64,000 bases of DNA from positions 3,927 to 67,926 of the forward strand of contig JBFFEY010000011.1 of NCBI GenBank assembly GCA_041558415.1, given 5' to 3'. How positions within the stretch are numbered: the first letter of the stretch is position 1; each line of letters begins with the position of its first letter. Under the pieces are notes generated by a model. It searched no databases, was not told the DNA's origin, and saw nothing but the letters and a program-made list of their open reading frames with translations. The translations under genes were made by a program, and so were the position numbers. Shown here piece by piece: positions 19,884 to 31,171 of the stretch. This stretch comes from Burkholderiales bacterium (GTDB lineage: Bacteria > Pseudomonadota > Gammaproteobacteria > Burkholderiales > SG8-39).

Positions 19884-22800
19884 AGCCGGACGCGGCAGCC
19901 ACGCGCGCCGGGCCAGACGTACTGCCGCCGCGCGCCGCCTTCTATGCGCTGTTCACGGCCTCGGGCTTCGCCGGGCTCATCTACGAGTCCATCTGGACGC
20001 ACTACCTCAAGCTGTTCCTCGGTCACGCCGCCTACGCCCAATCACTCGTTCTCGCGGTGTTCATGGGCGGCATGGCGATCGGCGCGGCGCTCGCCGGGCG
20101 GCGTTCGACGCGTCTCGCCAATCCCCTGCTCGGCTACGCGCTGGTCGAGGCAATCGTCGGCGGCTTGGCCCTGGTCTTTCACGAACTGTTCGTCGCCACC
20201 ACCGACTGGGCCTACGTCGCGCTCTTGCCGGCGCTGGGCGACGCATCGTTCGCGCTCGGCGCCAAGCTGCTCCTCGCCTGCGCGCTGATCCTGCCGCAGT
20301 CGATTCTGCTCGGTGCGACCTTCCCGCTGATGAGCGCCGGCCTGGTCCGCGCGCAGCCCGCGGCGCAGGGCGAATCGATCGCGATGCTGTACTTCGCCAA
20401 CAGCCTCGGTGCCGCGGCGGGGGTGCTGACGAGCGGCTTCGTGCTGATTGCCTGGGTCGGGCTGCCCGGCACCTTGCGCAGTGCCGGCGTCATCAACCTG
20501 TGTCTCGCAGCGATCGTCTGGATGCTGGCGCGACCCGTGCACCACCGGCCGCTCGCGGCGCGCGCCGGCGGCGCGCGTGCGGCCCCGCTGCAGCTCGCCG
20601 TGGCGTTTTTCACCGGGCTGGCCTCCTTCGTCTACGAGATCAGCTGGATCCGCATGCTCGCCCTGGTGCTCGGCGCATCGACGCACTCCTTCGAGCTCAT
20701 GCTGTCGACGTTCATCCTCGGCCTTGCCCTCGGCGGGCTCGCCGTGCGGCGCCGCGCCGACCGCCTGCCGCGCCCGGCGCGCGCGCTGGGCTGGATCCAG
20801 CTGACGATGGGCCTGCTGGCGCTCGCGACGCTGCCGCTCTACCACCTGACCTTCGACGTCATGGCGCGCCTGATGGACGCGCTGACGCGCAGCGAAACCG
20901 GCTACCTGCTGTTCAACCTCGCCGGGCAGGGATTATCGGCGTTCATCATGCTGCCGGTCACCTTCTGTGCCGGCATGACGCTGCCCTTGATCACCGTCGC
21001 GCTGCTGCGCGACGGTGCGGGCGAAGCGGCGATCGGCAGGGTGTACGCCGCCAACACACTGGGCGCGATTGCCGGCGTGCTGTTCGCGCTGCATATCGGC
21101 CTGCCGGGGCTCGGTCTGAAGGGCACGCTGCTCGCCGGCGCGCTGGTCGACGTCCTGCTCGGTCTCGTCCTGCTGCGGCACACGGCGCTCGGGCCGCGTG
21201 TCCTCGCGGCCGCCGCCGCGGCGGGCGCGGCGCTGTTCCTGCCACTGGCGCTCGCTTTCGAGCTCGACGCCAACAAGATGACCGCCGGCGTGTTCCGCCA
21301 CGGCGACCTCGAATCCTCGCGCGACGCCGAGATCCTGTTTGCCGCCGACGGCAAGACCGCCACGGTGCACCTGGTGGCTTACCCCGGCGCGGTGAGCCTG
21401 CGTACCAACGGCAAGTCCGACGGCTCGATCGCGAATCCCGATCGCCCGCGCGGCACCGACGAGATCACGATGGTGCTGACCGCAGCATTGCCGCTCGCGC
21501 TCAAGCCCAACGCGCGCCAGGCGGCGGTGATCGGCATCGGCACCGGCCTCACCAGCCACACGCTGCTGCAGGACCTCGACCTGGAGCGCGTCGATACGAT
21601 CGAGATCGAGTCCAAGATGGCCGAAGCGGCGCGCGGTTTCCTGCCGCGCAATGCCGCGACCTTCGCCGACGGTCGCGGCCACATCATGATCGACGACGCC
21701 AAGACCTTCTTCTCGACGCATGGCCGCCGCTACGACATCGTCGTGTCCGAGCCCTCGAACCCCTGGGTGAGCGGCGTCTCGAGCCTGTTCACGCGCGAGT
21801 TCTACGCGCGCATTCGCGCGCACCTCAATCGCGGCGGGCTGCTGGTGCAGTGGTTCCAGCTCTACGAGATCGACCCCTCGATGCTGGCGACCGTGATGGT
21901 CGCGCTCGGCGAAGCATTTCCGCATTACGCGATCTACGCCCCCAGCGATCACGACGTGCTCATCATGGCGAGCGACGCGCCGGTATCGCGCGCGCCGCAG
22001 GCAGGCATCTTCGAGCAGCCGGGCATCGCAAAGGAGCTGTGGACCGTCGACGTGCTCAGCATCGGCGACCTCGATGCGCGCTATCTCGGCGACCGCGCCA
22101 CACTCGAGCCGCTGTTCGCCAGCTACGCGATGCCGGCCAATTCGGACTATGCGCCGATTCTCGATCTCAATGCGGCCAAGCAGCGCTTCATGGACCGCAG
22201 CGCGACCGGGGTCGTCGGCCTGCTCAACCAGGGCGTGCCGATCCTCGAACTGCTCGAGCCCGGCCGCAGCGCGCGCCCGATCAATCCGCTCTACAAGGGC
22301 GCGCACGCCTTCACGCGCATCGAGAACGCGCGGCGCGCGCGCTACGCGCTCGACTTCCTTCTCGGCACGGTACCGCCTGCACCCGAGAACATTGCCACCG
22401 ACCTGCAGAAAGACCTCGAGATCGTCCAGCTGCGGCTGCTCGGCTGCCAGTCGCCGCGCAGCCTGGATGTCTGGCTGCACGCGCTGCTGCGCGTGGCAGG
22501 GGCCATCAATCCTTACGTCGCTGCAGACGAAGCCGCCGCGCTATGGTCGAAGGTGCTGGCCGCGCCCTGCGTCGCAACCCTGCACGCATTCCAGCGCAAG
22601 TGGATTGCGCTGTTCGCGGCGGTCGGCGCGCGCGACGCGGCGCGCATGGCCGAGCTCGGCGAGGACCTGCTGAGCACGCAGCCCACGCTGAGCAGCGACG
22701 CGCGCGAGTACCTGCTGCTGGCGACCATGGGCGGGGCCCTGGTGCGCGGTGAAGCCCGGCGCGCCGCCGCGCTGTGGGACCGCTATGCGCCCGGGCTGCT

Positions 22801-22885
22801 GCGCGCGCGCGCGCCGGGGCTGCGCCTGCTGCGCTGCCACGCCGCGGCGACGCGCGCGGAATGCATCGAGGCGCTCGGCGGCTAG
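19880..22885 (+). CDS. Large membrane protein with spermidine-synthase-like (class I SAM-binding) domain
   Basis: N-terminal multi-TM region (SGFAGLIYE, GATFPL, YAANTLGAI), then IGIGTGLT, DAKTF, VSEPSNPW, FTREFY. Start overlaps the SDR stop (ATGA). Confidence 0.8.
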   Translation: MKPDAAATRAGPDVLPPRAAFYALFTASGFAGLIYESIWTHYLKLFLGHAAYAQSLVLAVFMGGMAIGAALAGRRSTRLANPLLGYALVEAIVGGLALVFHELFVATTDWAYVALLPALGDASFALGAKLLLACALILPQSILLGATFPLMSAGLVRAQPAAQGESIAMLYFANSLGAAAGVLTSGFVLIAWVGLPGTLRSAGVINLCLAAIVWMLARPVHHRPLAARAGGARAAPLQLAVAFFTGLASFVYEISWIRMLALVLGASTHSFELMLSTFILGLALGGLAVRRRADRLPRPARALGWIQLTMGLLALATLPLYHLTFDVMARLMDALTRSETGYLLFNLAGQGLSAFIMLPVTFCAGMTLPLITVALLRDGAGEAAIGRVYAANTLGAIAGVLFALHIGLPGLGLKGTLLAGALVDVLLGLVLLRHTALGPRVLAAAAAAGAALFLPLALAFELDANKMTAGVFRHGDLESSRDAEILFAADGKTATVHLVAYPGAVSLRTNGKSDGSIANPDRPRGTDEITMVLTAALPLALKPNARQAAVIGIGTGLTSHTLLQDLDLERVDTIEIESKMAEAARGFLPRNAATFADGRGHIMIDDAKTFFSTHGRRYDIVVSEPSNPWVSGVSSLFTREFYARIRAHLNRGGLLVQWFQLYEIDPSMLATVMVALGEAFPHYAIYAPSDHDVLIMASDAPVSRAPQAGIFEQPGIAKELWTVDVLSIGDLDARYLGDRATLEPLFASYAMPANSDYAPILDLNAAKQRFMDRSATGVVGLLNQGVPILELLEPGRSARPINPLYKGAHAFTRIENARRARYALDFLLGTVPPAPENIATDLQKDLEIVQLRLLGCQSPRSLDVWLHALLRVAGAINPYVAADEAAALWSKVLAAPCVATLHAFQRKWIALFAAVGARDAARMAELGEDLLSTQPTLSSDAREYLLLATMGGALVRGEARRAAALWDRYAPGLLRARAPGLRLLRCHAAATRAECIEALGG

Positions 22886-23475
22886 CGGGCGCGCGCCAGG
22901 CGCACGGCGCCGAGCACCTCGCGCACGAACGCCGCGACCGCCGCCTCGCCGCGCGGCAGCTGGGAGAAGTGGCCGTCGAGCAGCAGCTGCGCGAGACCAT
23001 GGGTCAGCGACCAGGCTGCGGCGGCGGCGATCGGCGCCCCGCTCGCCCCGGTCACGGCCTCGAAGGCGCGCAGCAGTCCGGCATAGGTCTGCGCGGCCGC
23101 CGCGCGCAGCGCGGGATAGGCGTCAAGCGGCAGCAGACCGCCGAACATCAGCCGGAAGCGCGCCGGGTTGCGGAGGGCGAACTGCACGTAGGCCTCGCCG
23201 CGCGCACGCGGCCCGCCCGCGGCGGCGGCAAGCGCCTCGTCGAGCCGCGCAAAACCCTGGGCCGCGAGCGCCGCGAGCAGCGCGTCGCGGTCGGCGAAAT
23301 GGCGATAGGGGGCGTTGTGCGACACCCCCGCGCGGCGCGCGGCTTCCCGCAGGCTCAGATCGGCACCCCCCCGTTCCTCGAGCAGTTCGCCTGCAGCCTG
23401 CAGGATCGCCGCACGCAGTTCCCCATGGTGGTAAGAGCCCCGGCTGTCGCGTTTCCTGCGAAATGATGTTGACAT
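22882..23475 (-). CDS. TetR/AcrR family transcriptional regulator
   Basis: YHHGELRAAIL...LSLREAARRAGVSHNAPYRHF HTH; C-terminal AWSLTHGLA. Start ATG 23475. Confidence 0.92.
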   Translation of the reverse strand: MSTSFRRKRDSRGSYHHGELRAAILQAAGELLEERGGADLSLREAARRAGVSHNAPYRHFADRDALLAALAAQGFARLDEALAAAAGGPRARGEAYVQFALRNPARFRLMFGGLLPLDAYPALRAAAAQTYAGLLRAFEAVTGASGAPIAAAAAWSLTHGLAQLLLDGHFSQLPRGEAAVAAFVREVLGAVRLARAR

Positions 23476-23515
23476 CAGCAACATTATTCCTGATAAATGT
23501 TGTCATTGACAACAT
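23466..23515. promoter_or_regulatory. Two 19-bp palindromic operators at the TetR start
   Basis: ATGTTGACATCAGCAACAT (23466-23484, imperfect) and ATGTTGTCA-T-TGACAACAT (23497-23515, perfect), 31 bp apart. Confidence 0.75.
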
Positions 23516-23558
23516 AGCTGCCTGCAACCGCCACGTCAACCGCGCGCGACCGGGGAAA

Positions 23559-24902
23559 CTAGCGGCGCGACGCCCGCGGGGCGTAAGGGTTGCGGCCGCT
23601 GCGCATTTCGATTCTGAGCGGCGTGCCGACCAGCGCGAAGGCCTTGCGAAACCAGCCCTCGAGATAGCGCCGGTAGCTGTCGGGCACCCGGTCGAGCGCG
23701 CTGCCGTGCACGATCACGCGTGGCGGATTCATGCCGCCCTGGTGCGCGTAACGCAGCTTCGGCCGGATCGGCCCGCGTCGCGGCGGTGCCTGGCGCTCGA
23801 CGGCGGCGAACAGCGCACGGGTCAGTTTCGGCGTCGACAGCTTGGCCATCGCCGCCGCATACGCCGCATCGACTGAACGCATGAGCGCTCCAAGGCCGCG
23901 TCCGTGCTTCGCCGAAATCATGTGCACCTCGGCAAAATCGAGAAAACCGAGCTTCCAGCGCAGTTCGTCGTGCACCCGGCCGCGGCTCTCTTCGTCCGCG
24001 GCGTCCCATTTGTTGACGCCGACCACCAGCGCGCGACCGCGCTCGAGCAGGTAGCCGGCCACATGCGCGTCCTGCTCGTTGATGCCCTCGACTGCGTCGA
24101 GCAGCAGGATGGCGACGTTGGCGGCCTCAATCGCCTGCAGCGTCCTGACCAGCGAAAAGCGCTCCACGGCCTCGCCCTGCCGCCCACGTCGGCGCATGCC
24201 CGCGGTGTCGATCAGCGTGTACCGGCGCCCGTCGCGCTCGAACGGCACTTCGATGGCGTCACGCGTCGTGCCCGGTGCATCCAGCGCGATGACGCGCGCC
24301 TCGCCGACGAGCGCATTGACGAGCGTCGACTTGCCGACGTTGGGCCGCCCGACCACGGCGACGCGCGGCTGCCGTTCCGCCGTCTCCTCGGGCTCGATTT
24401 CCGCCACCGGCGCGAGCGGCACGAGCGCCGCCTCAAGCAGCGCCGAGATGCCCTCGCCGTGCGCCGCCGAGATCGCCACCGGTGCGCCGAGACCGAGTGC
24501 GTGAAACTCGGCTGCCGCGATGTCCGGAGCCAGTCCCTCGGCCTTGTTCGCTGCGACGACCACCGCGCGCGCGCTGCGCCGCAGCTGCTCGCCGATCTCG
24601 CGGTCAACGGCCGTCAGCCCGGCGCGCGCATCGACCAGCAATACGACGGCGTCAGCTTCGGCGATTGCCTGCTCGACCTGGCGCGCGGTCTCGCGTGCGA
24701 TGCCCGCCTGTGCGCTCGGCTCGAGGCCACCGGTGTCGATGACGATGAAGCCGCGTTCGCCGACGCGGCCTTCGCCGTAGTGGCGGTCGCGCGTCACCCC
24801 CGGCACGTCGACGACGATGGCGTCGCGCGAGCGCGTGAGGCGGTTGAAGAGGGTCGATTTGCCGACGTTGGGCCGACCGACGAGTGCGATGACGGGCTTC
24901 AT
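23559..24902 (-). CDS. der: Ribosome biogenesis GTPase Der
   Basis: Two G domains (GRPNVGKS twice, DTGG/DTAG, NKAE/NKWD). Start ATG 24902 (MKPVIALVG). Confidence 0.97.
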   Translation of the reverse strand: MKPVIALVGRPNVGKSTLFNRLTRSRDAIVVDVPGVTRDRHYGEGRVGERGFIVIDTGGLEPSAQAGIARETARQVEQAIAEADAVVLLVDARAGLTAVDREIGEQLRRSARAVVVAANKAEGLAPDIAAAEFHALGLGAPVAISAAHGEGISALLEAALVPLAPVAEIEPEETAERQPRVAVVGRPNVGKSTLVNALVGEARVIALDAPGTTRDAIEVPFERDGRRYTLIDTAGMRRRGRQGEAVERFSLVRTLQAIEAANVAILLLDAVEGINEQDAHVAGYLLERGRALVVGVNKWDAADEESRGRVHDELRWKLGFLDFAEVHMISAKHGRGLGALMRSVDAAYAAAMAKLSTPKLTRALFAAVERQAPPRRGPIRPKLRYAHQGGMNPPRVIVHGSALDRVPDSYRRYLEGWFRKAFALVGTPLRIEMRSGRNPYAPRASRR

Positions 24903-24945
24903 GGAAATCGTCGCATGGCACGGCCCGCGACGCGCGACGCGGTCT

Positions 24946-26097
24946 TCAGAACGCGAGCGCGAACAGGCCGCCGTTGCGCGTCTGCACAAGGAAGCCGCTC
25001 GGCAGGCGAATCGGCGCGGCCCGCACAGCGCCGCCGTCGGTCGCGATGCGCGCGATGAAGGCCCCCGAGTCGCGCGCGAGGAAGTGAACGTAGCCTTCGA
25101 GATCGCCGACCGCGATCGCCGACGCCGTCGGGTACGGCAGCGAGAGCTGGCGGTGGGCGAGCTTGTCCTGCTTCCAGACACTGCGGCCGGTGAAACGGTC
25201 GAGCGCGTGCACCGCGCCCTGATCGTCGCTCACGTAGGCATTGCGCTCATCGAGGCGAACGCCCGTGACCGAGGACAACTCGCGCGACCAGACGGGGTTG
25301 CCGCTGCGCATGTCGAAGCAGGTCACGCGCCCCTGGTAAGCCGCGGCGCACACCTCTCGGCCGAGCACCGCCGGCTCGCCGACGACGTCGGTGACGCGCT
25401 CGAGCTCGGTTGCGCCGCGCGGCAGCGCCACGCTGCCTTCCCAGCGCCCGGCGCCGTTCGTCGTCGTGATACCGACCAGCTTGCCGCCAGAAAAGCCCGC
25501 CAGCGCGAGGCCGGGCACCAGCGTCACGCCCGCCGGGGAGCGTACCAGCAACGACGAGGCGGCGCGTTGGTAGACCCAGCGCCGCTTGCCGTCCGCGACG
25601 CTGAAGGCGAACACCCGGTTGTCGACGCTGCGCACGATCGCCAGCCCGTCGCCGACTGACGGTGCCGCGAGTACTTCGCTGGAGACCTGCGCCCGCCAAA
25701 GCGGCGCACCGTCCGCCGCGTTCAGCGCCCGCACCTCGCCCTCCTGCGTCGCAACCACCACCGTCGTGCCGTCGCTGCCGACCCCGGCCGAGAGCCGCGT
25801 GTCGAGCGAGACGCGCCAGCGTGTTGCGCCGGTCGTTGCATCGATACGCATGACGGTGCCGTCGTGCGCGGCCGCGTAAACGTCGTCGCCCACCAGCACT
25901 GGGCTGAAGACGAAGCGATCGCCACTGCCGACACTGGTCGACCACAGCACGCGCACCGTCTGGCCGCCCGCGAGCGGCGGCAACGGCGCAGGCTTCGGCC
26001 CTTCGCTGCCGCCGAACCAGTCGACCGGGTTGAGGCTGAAATTCGAGCACGCGCCCAGCAGGAGCACGAGCGGGAGCAGGATGGCGCGCTTCAGCAC
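24946..26097 (-). CDS. bamB: Outer membrane protein assembly lipoprotein BamB
   Basis: Lipobox LLGAC and PQQ-like beta-propeller repeats; located between yfgM and der. Probable GTG start 26097 (SD GGAGG). Confidence 0.92.
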   Translation of the reverse strand: MLKRAILLPLVLLLGACSNFSLNPVDWFGGSEGPKPAPLPPLAGGQTVRVLWSTSVGSGDRFVFSPVLVGDDVYAAAHDGTVMRIDATTGATRWRVSLDTRLSAGVGSDGTTVVVATQEGEVRALNAADGAPLWRAQVSSEVLAAPSVGDGLAIVRSVDNRVFAFSVADGKRRWVYQRAASSLLVRSPAGVTLVPGLALAGFSGGKLVGITTTNGAGRWEGSVALPRGATELERVTDVVGEPAVLGREVCAAAYQGRVTCFDMRSGNPVWSRELSSVTGVRLDERNAYVSDDQGAVHALDRFTGRSVWKQDKLAHRQLSLPYPTASAIAVGDLEGYVHFLARDSGAFIARIATDGGAVRAAPIRLPSGFLVQTRNGGLFALAF

Positions 26098-26099
26098 GT

Positions 26100-26732
26100 T
26101 CAGCCTCCGAGCGCCTCGAGCCGCATGCGCACGCTCTGCACGAAAGCCTGGTCGTCTTTCGTCGCCTTCTCGAGCGCGCTGCGGTACGCCGCCGCCGCCT
26201 GCGCCGACTGCTGCTTGGCGACCAGGATGTCGCCCTTCAGCGCGGCGTATTGCGCAGCGAAGGATTCCGCCGGCGCCGTCTCGAGCTGGGCGAGCGCGGC
26301 ATCGTAGGCCTTCTCGTCGAGCAGGACCTGGGCGAGTCGCAGGCGCGCGATGTCGCGGAACTCGTCGGAGGGCGACCGCTCGATCACCCACTGCAGCTGC
26401 GCCTTGGCGCTTTTCAGGTCGCCGCGGTCGAAATAGAAGCGCGCCTGGGCAAGTGCGCCCATCGACGCCTGCAGGCGGTTGGGATAGCTTTCGACCAGCG
26501 TGCCGCCGCTGTCGCGTACGCCCTTGGCGTCGCCCGTCTCGACCGCCTTGAGCACGGCCTCGTACAGCGCACTCGCCTCGCTCGCCTGCCGCAGCTGGTA
26601 CCAGCGCCAGCCCTGCCAGCCCGAGAAGGCGATCGCCGCGGCGACCACGACCAGAACCACGCTCCCGCCGTGGTCCTTCCACCAGCCCTTCAGGGTTGCC
26701 AGTTGTTCCTGCTCTTCGAGATCGTATGCCAT
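26100..26732 (-). CDS. yfgM: YfgM family TPR protein (ancillary SecYEG subunit)
   Basis: MAYDLEEQEQL...WWK..G, single TM, ARLRLAQV, LKGDILV. Confidence 0.9.
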   Translation of the reverse strand: MAYDLEEQEQLATLKGWWKDHGGSVVLVVVAAAIAFSGWQGWRWYQLRQASEASALYEAVLKAVETGDAKGVRDSGGTLVESYPNRLQASMGALAQARFYFDRGDLKSAKAQLQWVIERSPSDEFRDIARLRLAQVLLDEKAYDAALAQLETAPAESFAAQYAALKGDILVAKQQSAQAAAAYRSALEKATKDDQAFVQSVRMRLEALGG

Positions 26733-26758
26733 GCAAAATGCTCCGGTGTGCGTTGCCC

Positions 26759-28039
26759 TCAGGCGCGTGCCTGGGCGAGCGCCGCAGCGAAGGCATCGAC
26801 GATGCCTTCACGCGGCAGGCGGATCTGCTGCGACTCGCGGCGCAGCGGCTTTAACGAAACCTGGTTGGCGCGCAGCTCGTCCTCGCCCACGATCAGCGCC
26901 GCCCACGCCTTGCTGGCGTCGGCTTTCTTCATCTGCGACTTGAAGCTGCCCTCGCCCGCGTGCTGCACGATGGCGAAACCGGCGCCGCGCAGCGCCTCGG
27001 CGATGAGCATCGCATAGGCGTAGGTGCCGGCGCCCTGCGCCACGAGGTAGGCGTCCGGCAGGCACTCCTGCGGCGTGCCCCCGGCGTCGCGCATCAGCGC
27101 GATCAGCCGCTCGCTGCCCATCGCAAAGCCCGTGGCAGGCGCCGCCTTGCCGCCAATCTGCGCGAACAGCCCGTCGTAGCGCCCGCCGCCGCAGACCGTG
27201 CCCTGCGCGCCGAGGCTGTCCGAGATCCACTCGAACACGGTGAGGTTGTAGTAATCGAGTCCACGCACCAGTTTCGGATTGATCGTGTACGCCATAGCGG
27301 CGGCATCGAGCAGCGACCGCAGGCCTTCAAAGTGCGCCAGCGAAGCCTCGCCAAGGTAGTCCATCAGGCTCGGCGCCGTCGCCACCACTGCCTGCACCGC
27401 CGCATTCTTGGAATCGAGCACGCGCAGCGGATTGGTGTGCAGGCGCCGCCTGGCGTCGGCATCGAGCGCGTCCCTATGCGCTTCGAGATGGCGGATGAGA
27501 TCGGCGCGGTAGCGCGCGCGTTCTTCCGGGGAGCCGATGGTATTGATCTCCAGGCGGACACCGTCCAGACCCAGATCGCGCCATAGCGCGGCGCACATGA
27601 CGATCAGCTCAGCGTCGACATCCGGACCGGGAAAGCCGAGCGCTTCGGCGCCGTACTGGTGAAACTGCCGGTAGCGGCCTTTCTGCGGCCGCTCGTGGCG
27701 GTACATCGCGCCGCTGTACCACAAACGCTTCGGCCCGTCGTAGAGCAGGTTGTGCTCGATCGCGGCACGCACCAGGGATGCGGTCGCCTCCGGGCGCAGC
27801 GTCAGGTCTTCGCCGTTCAGCTCATCGCGCCAGGAGTACATCTCCTTTTCGACGATGTCGGTGACTTCGCCGATCGCGCGCCGGAAAAGCTGGGTATGCT
27901 CGACGAGCGGCATGCGGATGTTGCGGTAGCCGTAGCGCGCGAGCCAGGCCTCGACCTTCGACTCGTAGGTCTGCCACCACGCCGCCTCATCGGGCAGCAC
28001 GTCGTTCATGCCGCGTACGGCCTGGATTTTGGTGCTCAT
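26759..28039 (-). CDS. hisS: Histidine--tRNA ligase
   Basis: [39 protein letters not shown]. Confidence 0.98.
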   Translation of the reverse strand: MSTKIQAVRGMNDVLPDEAAWWQTYESKVEAWLARYGYRNIRMPLVEHTQLFRRAIGEVTDIVEKEMYSWRDELNGEDLTLRPEATASLVRAAIEHNLLYDGPKRLWYSGAMYRHERPQKGRYRQFHQYGAEALGFPGPDVDAELIVMCAALWRDLGLDGVRLEINTIGSPEERARYRADLIRHLEAHRDALDADARRRLHTNPLRVLDSKNAAVQAVVATAPSLMDYLGEASLAHFEGLRSLLDAAAMAYTINPKLVRGLDYYNLTVFEWISDSLGAQGTVCGGGRYDGLFAQIGGKAAPATGFAMGSERLIALMRDAGGTPQECLPDAYLVAQGAGTYAYAMLIAEALRGAGFAIVQHAGEGSFKSQMKKADASKAWAALIVGEDELRANQVSLKPLRRESQQIRLPREGIVDAFAAALAQARA

Positions 28040-28063
28040 GGAACGTCCGGATCTCTGCGACGC

Positions 28064-29353
28064 TCAGGACACCGCCTTGACGGCGATCTCTCTGGGCGGC
28101 TTGCGCCGCGCGCCGTCGCCGCCACCGGCAGCGCCGTAGCGCGCCTGCACGTAGGCCTCGACCAGCGCCTGAAACTCCTCGGCGATGCGGTCGCCCTTCA
28201 GCGTGACCGTCTTCTCGCCGTCGATATACACCGGCGCCACCGGTACTTCGTTGGTGCCCGGCAGGCTGATGCCGATGTCGGCGTGCTTCGATTCGCCCGG
28301 CCCGTTGACCACGCAGCCCATCACCGCAACGCGCATCGACTCGACCCCGGGATAGCGCGCACGCCACTGCGGCATCTGCGCGCGCAGGTAGCGCTCGATG
28401 CGGTCGGCCAGTTCCTGGAAGAAGCTGCTGGTCGTCCGCCCGCAGCCGGGACAGGCGCTGACCATCGGCGTAAACGCGCGCAATCCCATGCTCTGCAGGA
28501 TCTCCTGCGCCACCTGCACTTCGCGCGTGCGGTCGCCGCCGGGCTCCGGTGTGAGCGAGACGCGGATCGTGTCACCGATGCCTTCCTGCAGCAGCACCGC
28601 GAGCGCCGCCGTGGACGCGACGATGCCCTTCGAGCCCATGCCGGCCTCGGTCAGGCCGAGATGCAACGGGTACGCGCAGCGCGCGGCGAGCGCCCGGTAG
28701 ACCGCGATCAGGTCCTGCACCTGGCTCATCTTGCAGGAGATCACGATGCGCTCGGCCGGCAGCCCCAGGGCTTCGGCCTGCTGCGCCGAATCGAGCGCCG
28801 AGCGGATTACCGCCTCGCGCATCACCGCTTGCGCCTCGAGCGGCACCGCGCGTGCGGCGTTCTCGTCCATCAGCAGCGCGAGCAGCGCTGGATCCAGACT
28901 GCCCCAGTTCACGCCGATCCGAACCGGCTTGTCGTAGCGCAGGGCGCACTCGATCATGGTCGCGAACTGCTCGTCGCGCTTCGCGCCGCGCCCGACATTT
29001 CCCGGATTGATGCGGTATTTGGCGAGCGCCCGTGCGCAGTCGGGATACTGCGCGAGCAGCTTGTGGCCATTGAAGTGAAAGTCGCCCACCAGCGGCACCG
29101 GGCAGCCCAGCGTGTCGAGGCGCGCGCGGATCGCGGCGACCTGCGCCGCCGCCTCCGGCGTATTGACCGTGATGCGCACCAGCTCGGAACCGGCGCGCCA
29201 CAGCGCATGCACCTGCGCCGCCGTGGCTTCGGCGTCCGCCGTATCGGTGTTGGTCATCGACTGAACGACGATCGGCGCGCCGCCGCCGATGCGCACGCCG
29301 CCGACCACCACCTGCCGCGAGACGCGGCGCTGTGCGACGCCGGGCGTGTTCAT
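28064..29353 (-). CDS. ispG: 4-hydroxy-3-methylbut-2-en-1-yl diphosphate synthase
   Basis: [44 protein letters not shown]. Start ATG 29353. Confidence 0.97.
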   Translation of the reverse strand: MNTPGVAQRRVSRQVVVGGVRIGGGAPIVVQSMTNTDTADAEATAAQVHALWRAGSELVRITVNTPEAAAQVAAIRARLDTLGCPVPLVGDFHFNGHKLLAQYPDCARALAKYRINPGNVGRGAKRDEQFATMIECALRYDKPVRIGVNWGSLDPALLALLMDENAARAVPLEAQAVMREAVIRSALDSAQQAEALGLPAERIVISCKMSQVQDLIAVYRALAARCAYPLHLGLTEAGMGSKGIVASTAALAVLLQEGIGDTIRVSLTPEPGGDRTREVQVAQEILQSMGLRAFTPMVSACPGCGRTTSSFFQELADRIERYLRAQMPQWRARYPGVESMRVAVMGCVVNGPGESKHADIGISLPGTNEVPVAPVYIDGEKTVTLKGDRIAEEFQALVEAYVQARYGAAGGGDGARRKPPREIAVKAVS

Positions 29354-30396
29354 GGCAGCGTGAACCGCGCCACGGCCACCCTGATGTACGGCGCCAGGTC
29401 GACGCTGCGACCATCGACATTCAGGCGCACCGACTGCGCGTTGCCGATGACGAAGGACAGCGGCGCCGCGCCCGTCACCTCGACGGTGCTGCCCGCGGCG
29501 TTGAGTTGCGCGTGCAGCAGCCTGCCGTCCGCATCGCGAATTTCCACCCAGGCCTCCTCGCCACACTCGAGCCGCACGCTCTGCTGCCCGCTGGGCGTCG
29601 CGGCCGCGCTAACCGACGCCACCGCAGCGCCGCCCGCTGCCCCCGGCGACGCGGTGTCCGTCGCGGCGGCCAGCGCTTCGGCCGGCGGTTTCTCCGCCGC
29701 GGCCGACTCGGTCGGCGTCTGCGCCGGCGCCGGCGCTGCGACGCCCGCCTCCAGCCGTGGTTCCTCTTTCGGCGCAGTCGCGCGCGCAGCCGTGTCATTG
29801 TGCGAAAGGGCGGCGCCCGGCGTCTGCGCCGGCGCCTCGACCGACGGCGGTACCGGCAAGGTATCGCCCGCGCTCGCTACCACGTTGCGCTGCGACTCGT
29901 TCGCGGGCACGACGAAGGTCATGCGCGCCTCGCTCTGCGGCCGCTCCTGACGCCATTGCACCAGCACCAGCGCCGCGACCGCGAGCACGGCGAGCGTGAA
30001 CACGACGTACACCACGTTGGAACGCTTGGAGGCGTCGCTGAAGGGCACCGGCTCGCGATAGCGCGCGACGATCTGGTTGGCGTCCGGCGCAGGCACCGCG
30101 TCGCGCAGCGCCTCGAGCAGGGGCGCGGCGTCCATGCCGACCAGCCGCGCGTAGCCGCGCACCATGCCGCGCACCACGGCGACGCCCGGCAGCTGGTCAT
30201 AGCGGTCGGCCTCGAGCGCCTCGATCTGGCGCGGCGAAAACTTCAGCTGCTGCGCCACGCCCTCGAGCGTCAGACCGTGCACGACGCGCGCCTGCGCGAG
30301 TTGCACGCCGGGCATCAGCGTCGGCGTCGGCGTCGGCGTCGCCGCTTCTGCCGAAGTCGCCTCGCTCGCCGCTGCGCTGCGCTCGAACTCAGTCAT
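29350..30396 (-). CDS. rodZ: Cytoskeleton protein RodZ (HTH, TM, C-terminal periplasmic domain)
   Basis: HTH with RGYARLV, one TM, C-terminal WVEIRD...IGNA; located between pilW and ispG. Confidence 0.9.
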   Translation of the reverse strand: MTEFERSAAASEATSAEAATPTPTPTLMPGVQLAQARVVHGLTLEGVAQQLKFSPRQIEALEADRYDQLPGVAVVRGMVRGYARLVGMDAAPLLEALRDAVPAPDANQIVARYREPVPFSDASKRSNVVYVVFTLAVLAVAALVLVQWRQERPQSEARMTFVVPANESQRNVVASAGDTLPVPPSVEAPAQTPGAALSHNDTAARATAPKEEPRLEAGVAAPAPAQTPTESAAAEKPPAEALAAATDTASPGAAGGAAVASVSAAATPSGQQSVRLECGEEAWVEIRDADGRLLHAQLNAAGSTVEVTGAAPLSFVIGNAQSVRLNVDGRSVDLAPYIRVAVARFTLP

Positions 30397-31171
30397 ACTC
30401 TCCGCGCTGCAGCTTCTGGTATTCCGGCGAGCCAGGGAAGCGTCGGCGCAGCTGGCTTGCCAGGCTCGCTTCGTTCATGCGCTGCCCGAGCTTGCGCTCG
30501 ATGCGGATCCCGAGCCACAGCGATTCCGCGGTCGGCGGGTTGATCTGACCGAAACGCCGCATCAAGCGCTGCGCGTCTTCCAGGGCGTTCTGACGGTAGC
30601 GAATCTCGCTCATCTGCAGCACGGCGCGCGGATCGCCGGGATTGAGCTTCAGCGCCTGCTGGACCAGCACTTCCGCGTCGTCCACCTTGTTGATGCGCAG
30701 CAGACAGAACCCCGCGGCGCTATAGGAACGCCAAGGTTTCTGATAAAGCGGGTTGCGGGTCGCGCGCAGGAAGTGATCCACCGACTGCTCCTCGCGCTCC
30801 GTCTGGCACAGGTACCAGCCATAGTTGTGGTTGATGTCGGGGTCGTTCGGCGCCAGATTCAGCGCGCGCCGGAAGTTCTCCTCGGCGAGGCGCGTTTCGC
30901 GCAGCTCCATGTACACCAGCCCGTACATGCTGTAGGCCGGGGCGTAGCTCGGATCCGCGCCGGTCGCGATGCGAAGCTCCTCGAGCGCAACCCCCATGTT
31001 GCGACGGCTGTAATACAGCGCCGCAAGCTCGGTGTGCAGCCGCGCGCGGTTGCGCGGATCGCCCACCTCGCCGACCAGCTGGCCGGTATCGACCTCGGGC
31101 GCCTTCGGCGTCTCGGTCGTTGCGCAACCGACAAACAGGGCAAAGGGCAACAGGATCAGTATCCGCTTCAT
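30389..31171 (-). CDS. pilW: Type IV pilus biogenesis/stability TPR lipoprotein PilW/PilF
   Basis: Lipobox FVGC, TPRs ([13 protein letters not shown]), LWLGIRIER; located between rlmN and rodZ. Confidence 0.9.
   Translation of the reverse strand: MKRILILLPFALFVGCATTETPKAPEVDTGQLVGEVGDPRNRARLHTELAALYYSRRNMGVALEELRIATGADPSYAPAYSMYGLVYMELRETRLAEENFRRALNLAPNDPDINHNYGWYLCQTEREEQSVDHFLRATRNPLYQKPWRSYSAAGFCLLRINKVDDAEVLVQQALKLNPGDPRAVLQMSEIRYRQNALEDAQRLMRRFGQINPPTAESLWLGIRIERKLGQRMNEASLASQLRRRFPGSPEYQKLQRGEYD

Noticed and set aside
30319-30340. (CGTCGG)n repeat in rodZ as a phase-variation tract
   Set aside because: The 6-bp unit keeps the frame and only encodes a short TPTPTPT linker.
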